Of a stretch of 64,000 bases of DNA, positions 51,476-61,246 are shown in pieces. The stretch spans positions 608,001 through 672,000 of the forward strand of contig OZ250169.1 in the NCBI GenBank assembly GCA_965237955.1, given 5' to 3'. A model generated the notes under the pieces. That model was not told the DNA's origin. It saw nothing but the letters and a program-made list of their open reading frames with translations, and ran no database searches. Each line of letters opens with the position of its first letter. Within the stretch, counting starts at the first letter, position 1. Both the position numbers and the translations under genes were made by a program. This DNA comes from Candidatus Marinacidobacterales bacterium (GTDB lineage: Bacteria > Acidobacteriota > Vicinamibacteria > Marinacidobacterales > SMYC01).

Positions 51476-53140
51476 ATGCTGAGGAATCTCATCGAGCTGT
51501 GGCCCGGCGGGCCGTCGGTCACTCTGGGTGGCTACCTCGTCGGCTCCAAGTACGTTTTTTCCCTTTTGGTCCTCGCGTGGGCGGTGTCTCTCCTGCGGTG
51601 GCCGCGCCGGGCTTGGCTCGTCGCCGGTACGCTCGTGCTGGCCGCGTCGAGTCTCCTCGTGCTTCAAAAACCTCTAGGCCGCGCGTACGGAGTCGTCGAG
51701 GAAGGTCGAGGGATCGCAGAGCTCGGCGAGGTGATGGTGGTCGCCGCACGGGGTACCGCGTCCGATGGGCGGATGGTGAGCGAGCCTCACCCGAGCCCTC
51801 TCTGGGGATATTTCGTGGCAATCCTGTCCGGCTTTCGCGGCGAACGGGTGCTGTCGCTCTACCCGTGGCTTCCGCTGTTCTCGCTTCTCGGCCTAGGCGT
51901 TGCGGTGGCATGGTCGGTTGGACGGCTCCGCGAATCGGAGGATCTCCCCGCGGGTGCGCTTCCCGCTATCACCGCATTCGTCGTCCTGTTCTTGAGCTCG
52001 CATCGTTTGAGCTTTCTCCGCGATGAGGGACCGTTTTGGACCGAGTATTTTTGGCTGACACCAGGAGTCGGGATCGCCTTCGCCGCGCTTTGCGTCTGCT
52101 GGCGCTTGCTCGGAGCGAGCTCTTGGATCGGTGCCGCTATCACTTTCGGTCTTGTCACTGGCCTTGAGCCTCGTCTCGCCGTGTGCTTCGGTCTCGGTGT
52201 CGTCGCGTGGATGGTCGCGAGCCGGAAGAGTCTATGGCGCGAGGCCATGGTGCTCGCTGTCGGAGCGATCGTGCTCGTCGCGTTCGGCGGCTTCAGGCCG
52301 GTGACGCTCCCTGCCGAGTTCGGAACGTGGCACGACGGGATCAACCGCGTGCTCTCGGTTACGATCGATGCTGGTCTCGTCTTCCTTCTCGCCGCGCTCG
52401 GTGTCGGGTGGCTTTTGCGCTCCGAACGAAAAGCTGAGCTCGTGCTTGCTTGGAGCGCGAGCACAGCATTGTTGCTTTGGATCGTGGTCTCCTTCCTTCC
52501 GTGTGCCGCCGCGCTTCTCGACCCGAGAATCGTGAGCGGCTATGTGCGGCTGATGATGGCGCTCTGTGCGAGCTACGGGCTCTATCGCGCGCTTGCGGCG
52601 TGGGTCAAAGCGTTTCCGGGGATTCCGAGCGAGTGGAGGTTCGTCCCTCGCCAGCTGCGCAAGTTAGAATCGGCGCGCCTCGCGCTGATGGGTCTCGTCG
52701 TGCTCTCGTTGCCGTGGTGTTTTCCGTACTGGTGGGAGCCGGTTCGAATGGACCCGCTCTACGTCGAGAGCTTTCCCGCGGTGTCGCGCCGGTTTGTCGC
52801 GATGGGAGAGGTGCTCCGGGACACGACGGACGCCGATGCGGTGCTCGCCGCCGGGCCCAGCTATGCGCCGTGGATCCCCGCGCTCAGCGGTCGCCGCGTT
52901 CTGCTCGTGGGCGAATCGCCCGAGCGCGAACTTGCACTGGAAACGATGGTGCAATCCCGCGATCCAGATCAGATCGCGGTTGCGGTGACGGAGTGGAACG
53001 TGACCCACGTCGCATGGGGGCGACTCGACCAGCCGGAAGGCACGACGCCTGTCGATTTCGGTTTCTTCAAGCAGAGCCCGCGATTCGAGGAGCGCTATCG
53101 TGACCGTCACTGGATTCGGGTGTTCGAGTACACGCCATAG
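51476..53140 (+). CDS. Multi-pass membrane protein (GT-C-like), paralog of 32222-33906
   Basis: PLGRAYG, PYWWEPVRMD, WIPALSGRRVLL, VTHV. Confidence 0.75.
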   Translation: MLRNLIELWPGGPSVTLGGYLVGSKYVFSLLVLAWAVSLLRWPRRAWLVAGTLVLAASSLLVLQKPLGRAYGVVEEGRGIAELGEVMVVAARGTASDGRMVSEPHPSPLWGYFVAILSGFRGERVLSLYPWLPLFSLLGLGVAVAWSVGRLRESEDLPAGALPAITAFVVLFLSSHRLSFLRDEGPFWTEYFWLTPGVGIAFAALCVCWRLLGASSWIGAAITFGLVTGLEPRLAVCFGLGVVAWMVASRKSLWREAMVLAVGAIVLVAFGGFRPVTLPAEFGTWHDGINRVLSVTIDAGLVFLLAALGVGWLLRSERKAELVLAWSASTALLLWIVVSFLPCAAALLDPRIVSGYVRLMMALCASYGLYRALAAWVKAFPGIPSEWRFVPRQLRKLESARLALMGLVVLSLPWCFPYWWEPVRMDPLYVESFPAVSRRFVAMGEVLRDTTDADAVLAAGPSYAPWIPALSGRRVLLVGESPERELALETMVQSRDPDQIAVAVTEWNVTHVAWGRLDQPEGTTPVDFGFFKQSPRFEERYRDRHWIRVFEYTP

Positions 53141-53383
53141 CGTTTCGTTTCACACGCTGGAGTCGAGCGAGGCTCGTGGGGACAACCGCACCACCGGTAG
53201 GTTTATCGAACCGCAGAGCACACAGAACTCGCAGAGAAAAGCTAGGGGGTCGCCGTTCTGGGATGCCGTCGTTGATAGAATCTATCCCGAGCGGCATTGT
53301 CGCGGGTAGGTCTTCGAATGGCAGTGTGCGCAGCAATCGGTTCAAGCCAACTTGTGGTGCCGTCTCGGTAGACAAACTCGATG

Positions 53384-53737
53384 CTACCGATCTTGTTTCT
53401 GTTTCTGGCCCTTGGCTTCCTTGAGCGCCAGCGCTTGCGCGAGCTTTTTCACTTGGTCGTCGAGCTTGGTGATGCGGACCGAGAACTGCAGGCAGACGAG
53501 CACGAGTAAGATCAGCGCGAAGAAGAAGAGCGTCGACGTCGGCAGGACAGCACCGATGAGGCGCGTCAATACGACCAGCAGGTCGTACCACACCGCGAGC
53601 ACGAAGACCGTGATCGAGGTGAGGACCCAAAGGACAGAATACTCCTCGCGCAGCTTGCGGCGCCGCACTAGCTCAACGATCAAAACGAGGAGGGCGACGC
53701 TGATGATCAGCGCGACGACTTGTTGGCGGATTGGCAT
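53384..53737 (-). CDS. DUF2304-family membrane protein (copy 2)
   Basis: Identical protein to 42520-42873. Confidence 0.85.
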   Translation of the reverse strand: MPIRQQVVALIISVALLVLIVELVRRRKLREEYSVLWVLTSITVFVLAVWYDLLVVLTRLIGAVLPTSTLFFFALILLVLVCLQFSVRITKLDDQVKKLAQALALKEAKGQKQKQDR

Positions 53738-54502
53738 CTACACAGACTTGCGTCTCCGTCCCAACGTCGCCAAGAACATGGACAAGAGCATCTTGAACAC
53801 GTAGTAGAGAGGCATGGCGCCGTCGTGCATGGAGCTGCCTCCCTGGGACGGGTGCATGACGACGGGCACTTCGGTGAGACGAAGGCCGGCGTAGTGGAGG
53901 TCGATGAGAACGTCCGCGTCGGGATAGTCGTGAGGGAACTGGCCGCCGGTGAGAGCCTCCGTCGCTTTTCGGTTCATCGCCCACAAGCCCGAGGTTGGGT
54001 CGGTGATCCGCCGGCCCGTCAGCCGCGACGCTAGCCACGAGAACAGATGGTTTCCGAGCTTGCGACCCCAAGGCGCCTGGTAGCTCGACGAGATCAGAAA
54101 CCGCGACCCGATGGTGACGTCGGCGGCATCCTCGAAGATGGGCGTGAGGACGTCGGCGAGCGAGATCGGATCGTGTTGTCCGTCTCCGTCGAGCTGAGCG
54201 ACATAGTCGTAGTGGCCTTGGACCGCGAATTGATAGCCGGTCTCGAGCGCGCTACCGTAGCCGAGGTTGAAAGAATGGCGGGCGACGATGGCTCCGGCAT
54301 CGAGAGAGCGCCCCTCGGTGTCGTCACTAGAGCCGTCGTCTACGACGAGCACATCGGCATGCAGGTGTTCGCGGTAGACTTTCTCGACGACTCCAACAAG
54401 CCGTGGTCCCTCGTTGAACGCGGGTACGATCACGAGAAGCCGGCGGCGCGACTTCGACGAGACGCGTTCCGCAGTTTCGTTGGTTGTTACACCCGTTGAC
54501 AT
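53738..54502 (-). CDS. GT2 DPM1-like glycosyltransferase (copy 2)
   Basis: One substitution (EHLH vs EHPH) relative to 41755-42519. Confidence 0.9.
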   Translation of the reverse strand: MSTGVTTNETAERVSSKSRRRLLVIVPAFNEGPRLVGVVEKVYREHLHADVLVVDDGSSDDTEGRSLDAGAIVARHSFNLGYGSALETGYQFAVQGHYDYVAQLDGDGQHDPISLADVLTPIFEDAADVTIGSRFLISSSYQAPWGRKLGNHLFSWLASRLTGRRITDPTSGLWAMNRKATEALTGGQFPHDYPDADVLIDLHYAGLRLTEVPVVMHPSQGGSSMHDGAMPLYYVFKMLLSMFLATLGRRRKSV

Positions 54503-54557
54503 CGTCGACTCAGAATTCTGAGGTAGTATTACACAACTCGTAGAGAGACTGCTACCC

Positions 54558-55697
54558 GTGAGAGAACTCGGCGTCGTGAACATCGGCGTGACCCGCTACG
54601 CGCTCCCGCTCGGCCCGACCGAGCTCAAGAAGATGGAGCACCTCGGTCGGCTGGCGAGCCTCCACGTCGTCGGATTCTCGCCGTCACTCCGATACCAGCG
54701 CGCATCCGAGCCGGTCGAGTTCTACTTGTTGCCGTTCGTCCCCATCGCCGCGCTCAGGCTCGTCTTACTTGTTGTCGCATCGACGGTGCTTGGGCTTCGT
54801 CTCGTCTACCGTGGGAAAGTGCAGCTCGTCTTGAGTCAAAGCCCCTACGAAGGTCTCGCCGGGATTTTCGTGCGGGGGGTCGCATGGGTGATGCGTCGTC
54901 GTGTCGTCGTCGTCACCGAAGTCCACGGTGATTGGAGCGAATCGCCCTTTCTCTATCACCGTGTCCCGTTGAGTGCCGTTTTTCGTCCTATACTCGCGGC
55001 GTGGGCGAGTTTCGTTCTGCGACGCAGTGATCGCATCCGTACTATTTCTAGATTTTTGGAGCGGCGGATCGCCGCGGTGGCGCCCGAAGTCCCGCTGCAT
55101 CGCTTTCCCGGGTACACCGATTTCGAGCTCTTCGACGACGCGACCGAGCCGTCACGTTCCGACACCCGGGTGTTGTCGGTGGGTGCGCTCTACCCGGTGA
55201 AGGGCTTCGATACCCTGATCCGGGCGATGAAGCAGGTAACGTCTAAACGGCCGGAGGCGACGCTCCATCTCGCGGGCGACGGTCCGATGAAACGCGCGCT
55301 CCGTGAACATGCGGCGCATCTCGGGGTCGAAGCGTCTCTCAGGCTTCTCGGCTCATTGTCACCGACCGATCTTCGAAAAGAGTATCGCAGTGCTCGACTG
55401 TTCGTGCTGCCTTCTTTGTCCGAAGGGTTGGGGCGTGTCGTGTGGGAGGCGATGGCGTGCGGGCTTCCCGTGGTTGCGTCCGATGTCGGCGGCATCCCCG
55501 AGCTCGTCGAGAACGAGCAGACGGGCTTTCTCGTACCTCCTGGAGACGAGGACGCTGTCGCCGAGCGCATCCTGTGGCTGTTCGAGCATCCGAGAGAGGC
55601 CGAAGCGATGGGTGCCCGAGGCAAGCAATCGGCGAAAAATCTCTACTCCACCGAAAGCTACATCGAAGGCTACCGAGCGTTGTTCCAGGCGTCTTGA
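54558..55697 (+). CDS. GT4 glycosyltransferase (copy 2)
   Basis: Identical protein to 40560-41699. Confidence 0.9.
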   Translation: MRELGVVNIGVTRYALPLGPTELKKMEHLGRLASLHVVGFSPSLRYQRASEPVEFYLLPFVPIAALRLVLLVVASTVLGLRLVYRGKVQLVLSQSPYEGLAGIFVRGVAWVMRRRVVVVTEVHGDWSESPFLYHRVPLSAVFRPILAAWASFVLRRSDRIRTISRFLERRIAAVAPEVPLHRFPGYTDFELFDDATEPSRSDTRVLSVGALYPVKGFDTLIRAMKQVTSKRPEATLHLAGDGPMKRALREHAAHLGVEASLRLLGSLSPTDLRKEYRSARLFVLPSLSEGLGRVVWEAMACGLPVVASDVGGIPELVENEQTGFLVPPGDEDAVAERILWLFEHPREAEAMGARGKQSAKNLYSTESYIEGYRALFQAS

Positions 55698-56833
55698 AGA
55701 AGTTGTGCCGTACGCGCGACCATCTTCTCCCACGTAAAATCTTCCGCGCGTCGTTTGCCTCTTGCGCCGAGGCGTGCTCGCAGCGGCGGATCGGCGAGAA
55801 GCTTTCGGATGGCGGCTTCCGCCCCTCGTGGATCCGGCGACACCAGGAGTCCGCTGTCGGCGTCTCCGACGAGCTCGGGGTTACCCCCGCAGCGAGATGC
55901 GACGACGGGAAGCTCCGATTGCATCGCTTCCAACAACAGATGCGAAAAACCTTCATAGGTGGACACCAGCACGAACACGTCGCTGGCGCAGAGATGCATC
56001 GCGAGGTCGGTCGGCGCGCGCGCGCCCAAGAGCTGAACAGCGTCGTCGAGCTTGAGCTTTTGGACGCGCTCAAGGAGAGCTGTCTCGCACGGTCCCGAGC
56101 CGGCGATCAGAAGGCGTGCGCGTGGATGATCTCGCAAGATCGCCGGCATTGAATCGATGATGTGCTCGTACCCTTTCCACGGCACCAGTCGGCCGGCGCT
56201 GATCAGAATCGGATCTCCGTCGAGCTCTAGCCGCGCGCGCGCGTCTTCTCGAGTCAGGCGCGTTTCCGGCTTGGGCCGGGCGCCGTTCTCGATGACGTGG
56301 ACCCGCTCGCTAGGAACGCCCCAACCGATGACAAGATTCTTCAGATAGTGCGACGGGGTGATGACGGCGCCGGCGCGGCGGGCGACGAAACGCTGGGCTT
56401 TCCGCATCGATTCCACTAGCGTTCCGTAGCGCTTCGTTTGGAAGTCGTCGACGTCGTCATCGACGATGCCGTCGGCGCGGCCGATCTCCCACGCGAGGTC
56501 GCCGACGACTTTGAGTACGGTAGGCTTTCGCCGTGAGAGCGCTGCGAGCGTAGCCGGTAGGCCGACGCTAACCGGATCTTGAATGTAGGCGAGGTCGGCT
56601 CGTGCGAGCGCTTTCCGCACCGACACGAAATACGACCCGTAGCGTTGCGGCAAGCTTTGATTCCGGGAGACGCGAGCCACCGAAAACATGACCTCGTCGG
56701 AAGACGCCTCTCCATAGGTGACCACCTCGACGCCAAAGCCTCGTTTACAAAGCTCGGGAGCCAAACCTGCCACATACGTGGCCGGCCCCCCGATATCCGG
56801 AGGAAAGATGCCCGTCGCGAGAAGGAGATTCAT
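55670..56833 (-). CDS. GT4 glycosyltransferase (copy 2)
   Basis: Identical protein to 39424-40587. Confidence 0.92.
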   Translation of the reverse strand: MNLLLATGIFPPDIGGPATYVAGLAPELCKRGFGVEVVTYGEASSDEVMFSVARVSRNQSLPQRYGSYFVSVRKALARADLAYIQDPVSVGLPATLAALSRRKPTVLKVVGDLAWEIGRADGIVDDDVDDFQTKRYGTLVESMRKAQRFVARRAGAVITPSHYLKNLVIGWGVPSERVHVIENGARPKPETRLTREDARARLELDGDPILISAGRLVPWKGYEHIIDSMPAILRDHPRARLLIAGSGPCETALLERVQKLKLDDAVQLLGARAPTDLAMHLCASDVFVLVSTYEGFSHLLLEAMQSELPVVASRCGGNPELVGDADSGLLVSPDPRGAEAAIRKLLADPPLRARLGARGKRRAEDFTWEKMVARTAQLLQDAWNNAR

Positions 56834-56836
56834 GGC

Positions 56837-57967
56837 TCAGAGTAGCTCCTCGTACACCGCAGCGATCCGATCGGCCACCTGGTCCCAACGGTAGCGCGCT
56901 TGCACGAGGCGAAGCCCCCCGACGCGCAGATTTTGAGAAAGAGCGTGGTCGGTGAACAAGCGCCCGATGGCGCCGGCTACGCTTTCAGGATCGTTAGGCT
57001 TGCAGAAAAGCCCGGTCACTTCGGGATCGAGAAAGTCGGGGATACCTCCCACCGGTGTCGCTACGACAGGAACTCCCGACGCCATCGCTTCGAGAAAAGC
57101 ACTGCCGAGCCCTTCGCTACGCGATGGCCGCACGAACGCGTGGGCCAGCCGGAGATAGTCGGCCGTCTCCTCGTGAGGCACCTCACCTACGAGTACGACG
57201 GCGTCGCTCACACCGAGCTCGTCCGCTTTGCATTCGAGATGCCGCTTTTCCAGGCCGGTGCCGACGAGCACGAGCGCGACGTCGGGATGCTCTCGTCGCA
57301 GCCGGGGCATCGCCTCCACGAGAGTGTCCAACCCGTTTTTGGAAACGAGACGCGACACTGAGACGACGACGCGCTTTCCATCGAGACCCAACCGGGTCCG
57401 AAGCTTTGCGCTCGCGTCACTTTCGCCGGGGCGGAAGACTTCGGTATCGACACCGTTCGGGATCACCCGGATGGTCTCGGTGTCGGCGCCATAGGTGATC
57501 GCTTGTTGTTCGAGAAAACGGCTGATCGCGTGGACCCGATCGAACGAACGGTGCAACCACGGATAGACCGGGAACAGCAGCCGCAAGTACTCTCGGGCGT
57601 AGTCTTCGGTGTCGCCTTCTTGGAGGGTCAGAAGCGTGGGCACGCGTTTCATCTTCGAGAACAAATACGCTGCCACCGCTGACGCGTTCACCATGATCGC
57701 GTGAACGAGATCGACGTGCTCGGACGCGAGCGCCCATTTGAGAGCGAACAGTGGATACATGAATTTGTCGGAGCGATTGCCGAGGCCGACACGCACGACG
57801 CTCACGCGCTCGCTCTCGTCGATTGCCGCCAACTTGCGGTCGGCTCGCGCAGTTACGATCACAAAGCGGAAGCGGTAGCCGAGCCGGTCGGTAATCGCTT
57901 TGACGAAGAGCTCGGCGCCGCCGATGAACGGAAGGTAGAACCAGCTGAAGATGACGATCGTCTTCAT
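56837..57967 (-). CDS. GT4 glycosyltransferase (copy 2)
   Basis: Identical protein to 38290-39420. Confidence 0.92.
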   Translation of the reverse strand: MKTIVIFSWFYLPFIGGAELFVKAITDRLGYRFRFVIVTARADRKLAAIDESERVSVVRVGLGNRSDKFMYPLFALKWALASEHVDLVHAIMVNASAVAAYLFSKMKRVPTLLTLQEGDTEDYAREYLRLLFPVYPWLHRSFDRVHAISRFLEQQAITYGADTETIRVIPNGVDTEVFRPGESDASAKLRTRLGLDGKRVVVSVSRLVSKNGLDTLVEAMPRLRREHPDVALVLVGTGLEKRHLECKADELGVSDAVVLVGEVPHEETADYLRLAHAFVRPSRSEGLGSAFLEAMASGVPVVATPVGGIPDFLDPEVTGLFCKPNDPESVAGAIGRLFTDHALSQNLRVGGLRLVQARYRWDQVADRIAAVYEELL

Positions 57968-59100
57968 GGTTCGGTCGACGTGGTCTCGAGGATCGTCACG
58001 AGCTCTTTGGCGAGCTCGTCCATGCGGTAGTGATCGTGGATAACTTGCCGGGCTCGCTCGCCCAGGCTCCGCCTGAGCTCACCGTCGTTCACAAGCTTTT
58101 CGAGCGCTTCCTCGAGTGCTTTGGGATCCCCCGGCGGCACGAGCAACCCCGCCTCGCCGGGCGATTCGCTGAAAAGATAGGGGATACCGCCGACCTCTGT
58201 GGCCACGCACGCGCACCCGGACGCCATCGCTTCCATGAGTCCGCTCGGAAGTCCTTCGGACAACGAAGCGAGGACGAAGACGTCGACCTTCACTAGGATA
58301 CCGGGAACGTCGTCACGGTGCCCGAGAAAACGGATGCGAGTACTCTGGTAGCGCTCGACGACATCGTCCTTACCGGTGACGTCGCCCACGAAAATAAAAT
58401 GCACGTTCGCGTGGCGCGCGGTTAAAGTTGCGGCCGCGCCGAGGATGAAGTCATACGCTTTGACCGACTCCAGCCGGCCCACGTACGCGACCCAGATCGC
58501 GCCGTCCTCTTTCTCCAGATCCGCAGGCGGCCTCGGACTCTCGTAGCGATGCATCTCGACGCCGTACGGGTGCACGACGAAACGAAGGCCCATCCGCTCC
58601 GCCGTCGGCACCAACCCTCGGTGCAACAGAACGACGTGATCGGCGAGGCGAAGCACCAAGAACCCAACGGTGCGCGCGTACACCCATAGCACCGCGTTGA
58701 CGAGTCGTGAACGACTGAACCAGTCGATGCCTGGAAACGTGTCGGTGACGACAACGACGCGCTTGCCCATCGCTTTCAGCAAAACCACCGCGAGCGACGC
58801 GTGGTACATGTGGGTGAACACGAGAAAATGCGTCGGTACCTCCTGTAGAACGACTTTCCACAGACGCGCCGACAAGAACGGGATGATCCCGAAGTTGGCA
58901 GGGTCGGGGATGAACAAGTCTCTGTAGCGGTAGATTTTCAGATGAGAGCCCACCTTTTCGAGGAACGGCTGGCCTTCGGAGCGCGCCGTGAACACGATGA
59001 CGTTGACGCCGATACGGGCCAAGCTGTGCGCGGTCTTGTAAGCGCTGATGTTCCACCGGTGGGGCTCGAAGAAGTAGGGTGTAACGAGCAAGATTTTCAT
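57964..59100 (-). CDS. GT4 glycosyltransferase (copy 2)
   Basis: Identical protein to 37157-38293. Confidence 0.92.
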   Translation of the reverse strand: MKILLVTPYFFEPHRWNISAYKTAHSLARIGVNVIVFTARSEGQPFLEKVGSHLKIYRYRDLFIPDPANFGIIPFLSARLWKVVLQEVPTHFLVFTHMYHASLAVVLLKAMGKRVVVVTDTFPGIDWFSRSRLVNAVLWVYARTVGFLVLRLADHVVLLHRGLVPTAERMGLRFVVHPYGVEMHRYESPRPPADLEKEDGAIWVAYVGRLESVKAYDFILGAAATLTARHANVHFIFVGDVTGKDDVVERYQSTRIRFLGHRDDVPGILVKVDVFVLASLSEGLPSGLMEAMASGCACVATEVGGIPYLFSESPGEAGLLVPPGDPKALEEALEKLVNDGELRRSLGERARQVIHDHYRMDELAKELVTILETTSTEP

Positions 59101-59154
59101 CGAAGGGGAAGCGTTGGGCACTAGCGCGAGCGGCGCCAATTGAAGCCCGCATCA

Positions 59155-59967
59155 TTAATTAGAGACTTGACTAGAGGCTTGTCGCGTCGCCTTGGGGTGG
59201 TACTCCCAATTCGGGATGGCGCGACTGATGTAGGTCGAGCCGTCGACGAGGCTCGCCAGCGGAGGGACCCTGTTGAAGAGGCTGGAGGGGCCGGGAAACG
59301 ACGGCGTGACCTCGACAGTCTCGATGGTCTCGAATCCGGCTCGCTCACACGTGAACGCGACCGTCGACGGTGTGAACGCATTGATGTCGTCGCTCGCCAA
59401 ATAGCCGACGAAGTATCTTCCGATCCACGGAAGCCGGTGGAGAGCGAGACCGCCGACGGACGAGATCGCCGGCACGAACAGAACCAAGAGTCCGCTCGGC
59501 TCGAGAAGCTGGTGGACTTTGCGCAGGAACCGATGAGGCGATTCGACGTGCTCGAGCACCGCTCCACACCACACCAAACCGCTTCGACTTTGGGGAGGTC
59601 GAACACGTCGTTTCTGACGAAGTCGCCCTCGAACACGGTGAGCCCCAGCCTCTGCGGGAAGTCGGACTCTCGGTCGTCGAACTCCACCCTGTAGGCATCC
59701 TCGTGGCAGTGCACCAAGTTCATCCCGTAGCTACACCCAAGATCGCAAAGCCGGAGCCTGGTGAGACCGTATTTGCGGTCGGCCTCTTTGAAAAACGTGT
59801 CGGGGGGCGGTTTTGAACCATTTCTCGAAGATGCGCTCGTTCCCCGCGGAATCGAAGCTCCCATGGTGGTCGATGACGAAGCGCCGAAGCGCGTTCTCGC
59901 TTAGAGCAGCTTGGGACCGCGCGGTCTCGGTGCTAGCGGGCGGCGTGGGTACTCGGGTCGAAGTCAT
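59155..59967 (-). pseudogene. Methyltransferase pseudogene (copy 2)
   Basis: Same two frameshifts as 36290-37102. Confidence 0.8.
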
Positions 59968-60420
59968 AGCATGAACACGCTTTGCTCTTCGAGGTTGCTT
60001 GTAACGTCACGGATTGTAGCATACTCCTTTTGATCGCGTTCAGCCCCAAAGCGGCCGCCATGTACTCGAAGAGCTTCATCGGCGACATCGGCTCAGCCTA
60101 GTCAGCGGCATCGGGAAACGGCGTCGCCGCAACGTCGAAGGCTCGGCTCCAAAGAGGTACTTGCTCGTAGGGGACACGGTCTAAGAACAGCAGACGTTCG
60201 TCCGCCACACCGTGTTCTCGCGCGACGCCGCGATAACTGTCGATGGCGCTCATCGGCCCCCCGTCAACGAGCTCTTGACCAACGGTTGCGATCCCGGCAC
60301 GGTGGGACAGTACCCGGACATGTACCTGCTGTGGGATCTAACGATCGCGATCCACTTGGAGTTCGACAGCGGCTTCCCCGAGATCCGTGACCGCTTTGAT
60401 CCAGTGTTCGAAGAGGGCCA

Positions 60421-61195
60421 CTACGCCGTCTTTCGAATCAACCCACCGCAGTGACATTTCTTGCCCGGATCGCCGCCAAGAACGACAACCCCGGAAAAGG
60501 CAATAACGCATCGAGCACGCCGACGAGCCAACCCCCACGACTGAGGATGGCGGTTCACCAACCGAAACGCGAGCGGAAGCGTCGGGAAAATGCCGCGCCG
60601 GGACTCGATGCGGAAGCCTGCCGCATGAAGAAGCTCTTCGTACTCCGCACGCGGCCGATCGCCGGGATGCCGGTGAACGGCGGATGTCCGCATCAGCTTG
60701 CCGGTGAACAACAGCTTTAACCGGCTGTGCAAGTGCGCGAGGTTGGGCACGCTCATCAGCAGTACCCCGTCGTCCGTCAGCACACGGGCAACCTCCGAGA
60801 GGGCCTTCAGCTGATCGAGAAGCTCGACGTGCGCGAGTACATCAAGCAACAGCACGACATCGAAACGTCCGTCGTCGAACGGCAGCGCCCGAAGATAGGC
60901 TTTCTTCACCGCTTCCGACTCGTACGCCGTGTCGACGAGGGCTATGTGGGGCGGAGCGACCTGCCACACGTGTGGTGCTATCCGTGGGTGTTGCGGCACG
61001 AGGTGGAAGCGGCCGACTACGAGATCCTTCGATTCAAGGCTCCCAGTATCCCCCGTGCCTTATCTCGCGTCGGTGCTCCCCGGCGCCCTTTGGATGCGGT
61101 CGCAGATCGATCGTCTGAGAGAGGCGTGCCTTTTTTTCGCTCTTTGGGTTACGGTAGCATCGTCGTCGCTCGCAAGCATCCATCGGAGAGTCCAT
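60421..61195 (-). pseudogene. Methyltransferase pseudogene (copy 2)
   Basis: Mirror of 35064-35836 with a 2 bp indel and SNPs near 61110-61140. Confidence 0.7.
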
Positions 61196-61246
61196 GATGC
61201 GATGGCCTCTCGAATGCGGCTCCGCCGATAGGCTCGAACGGTAACG

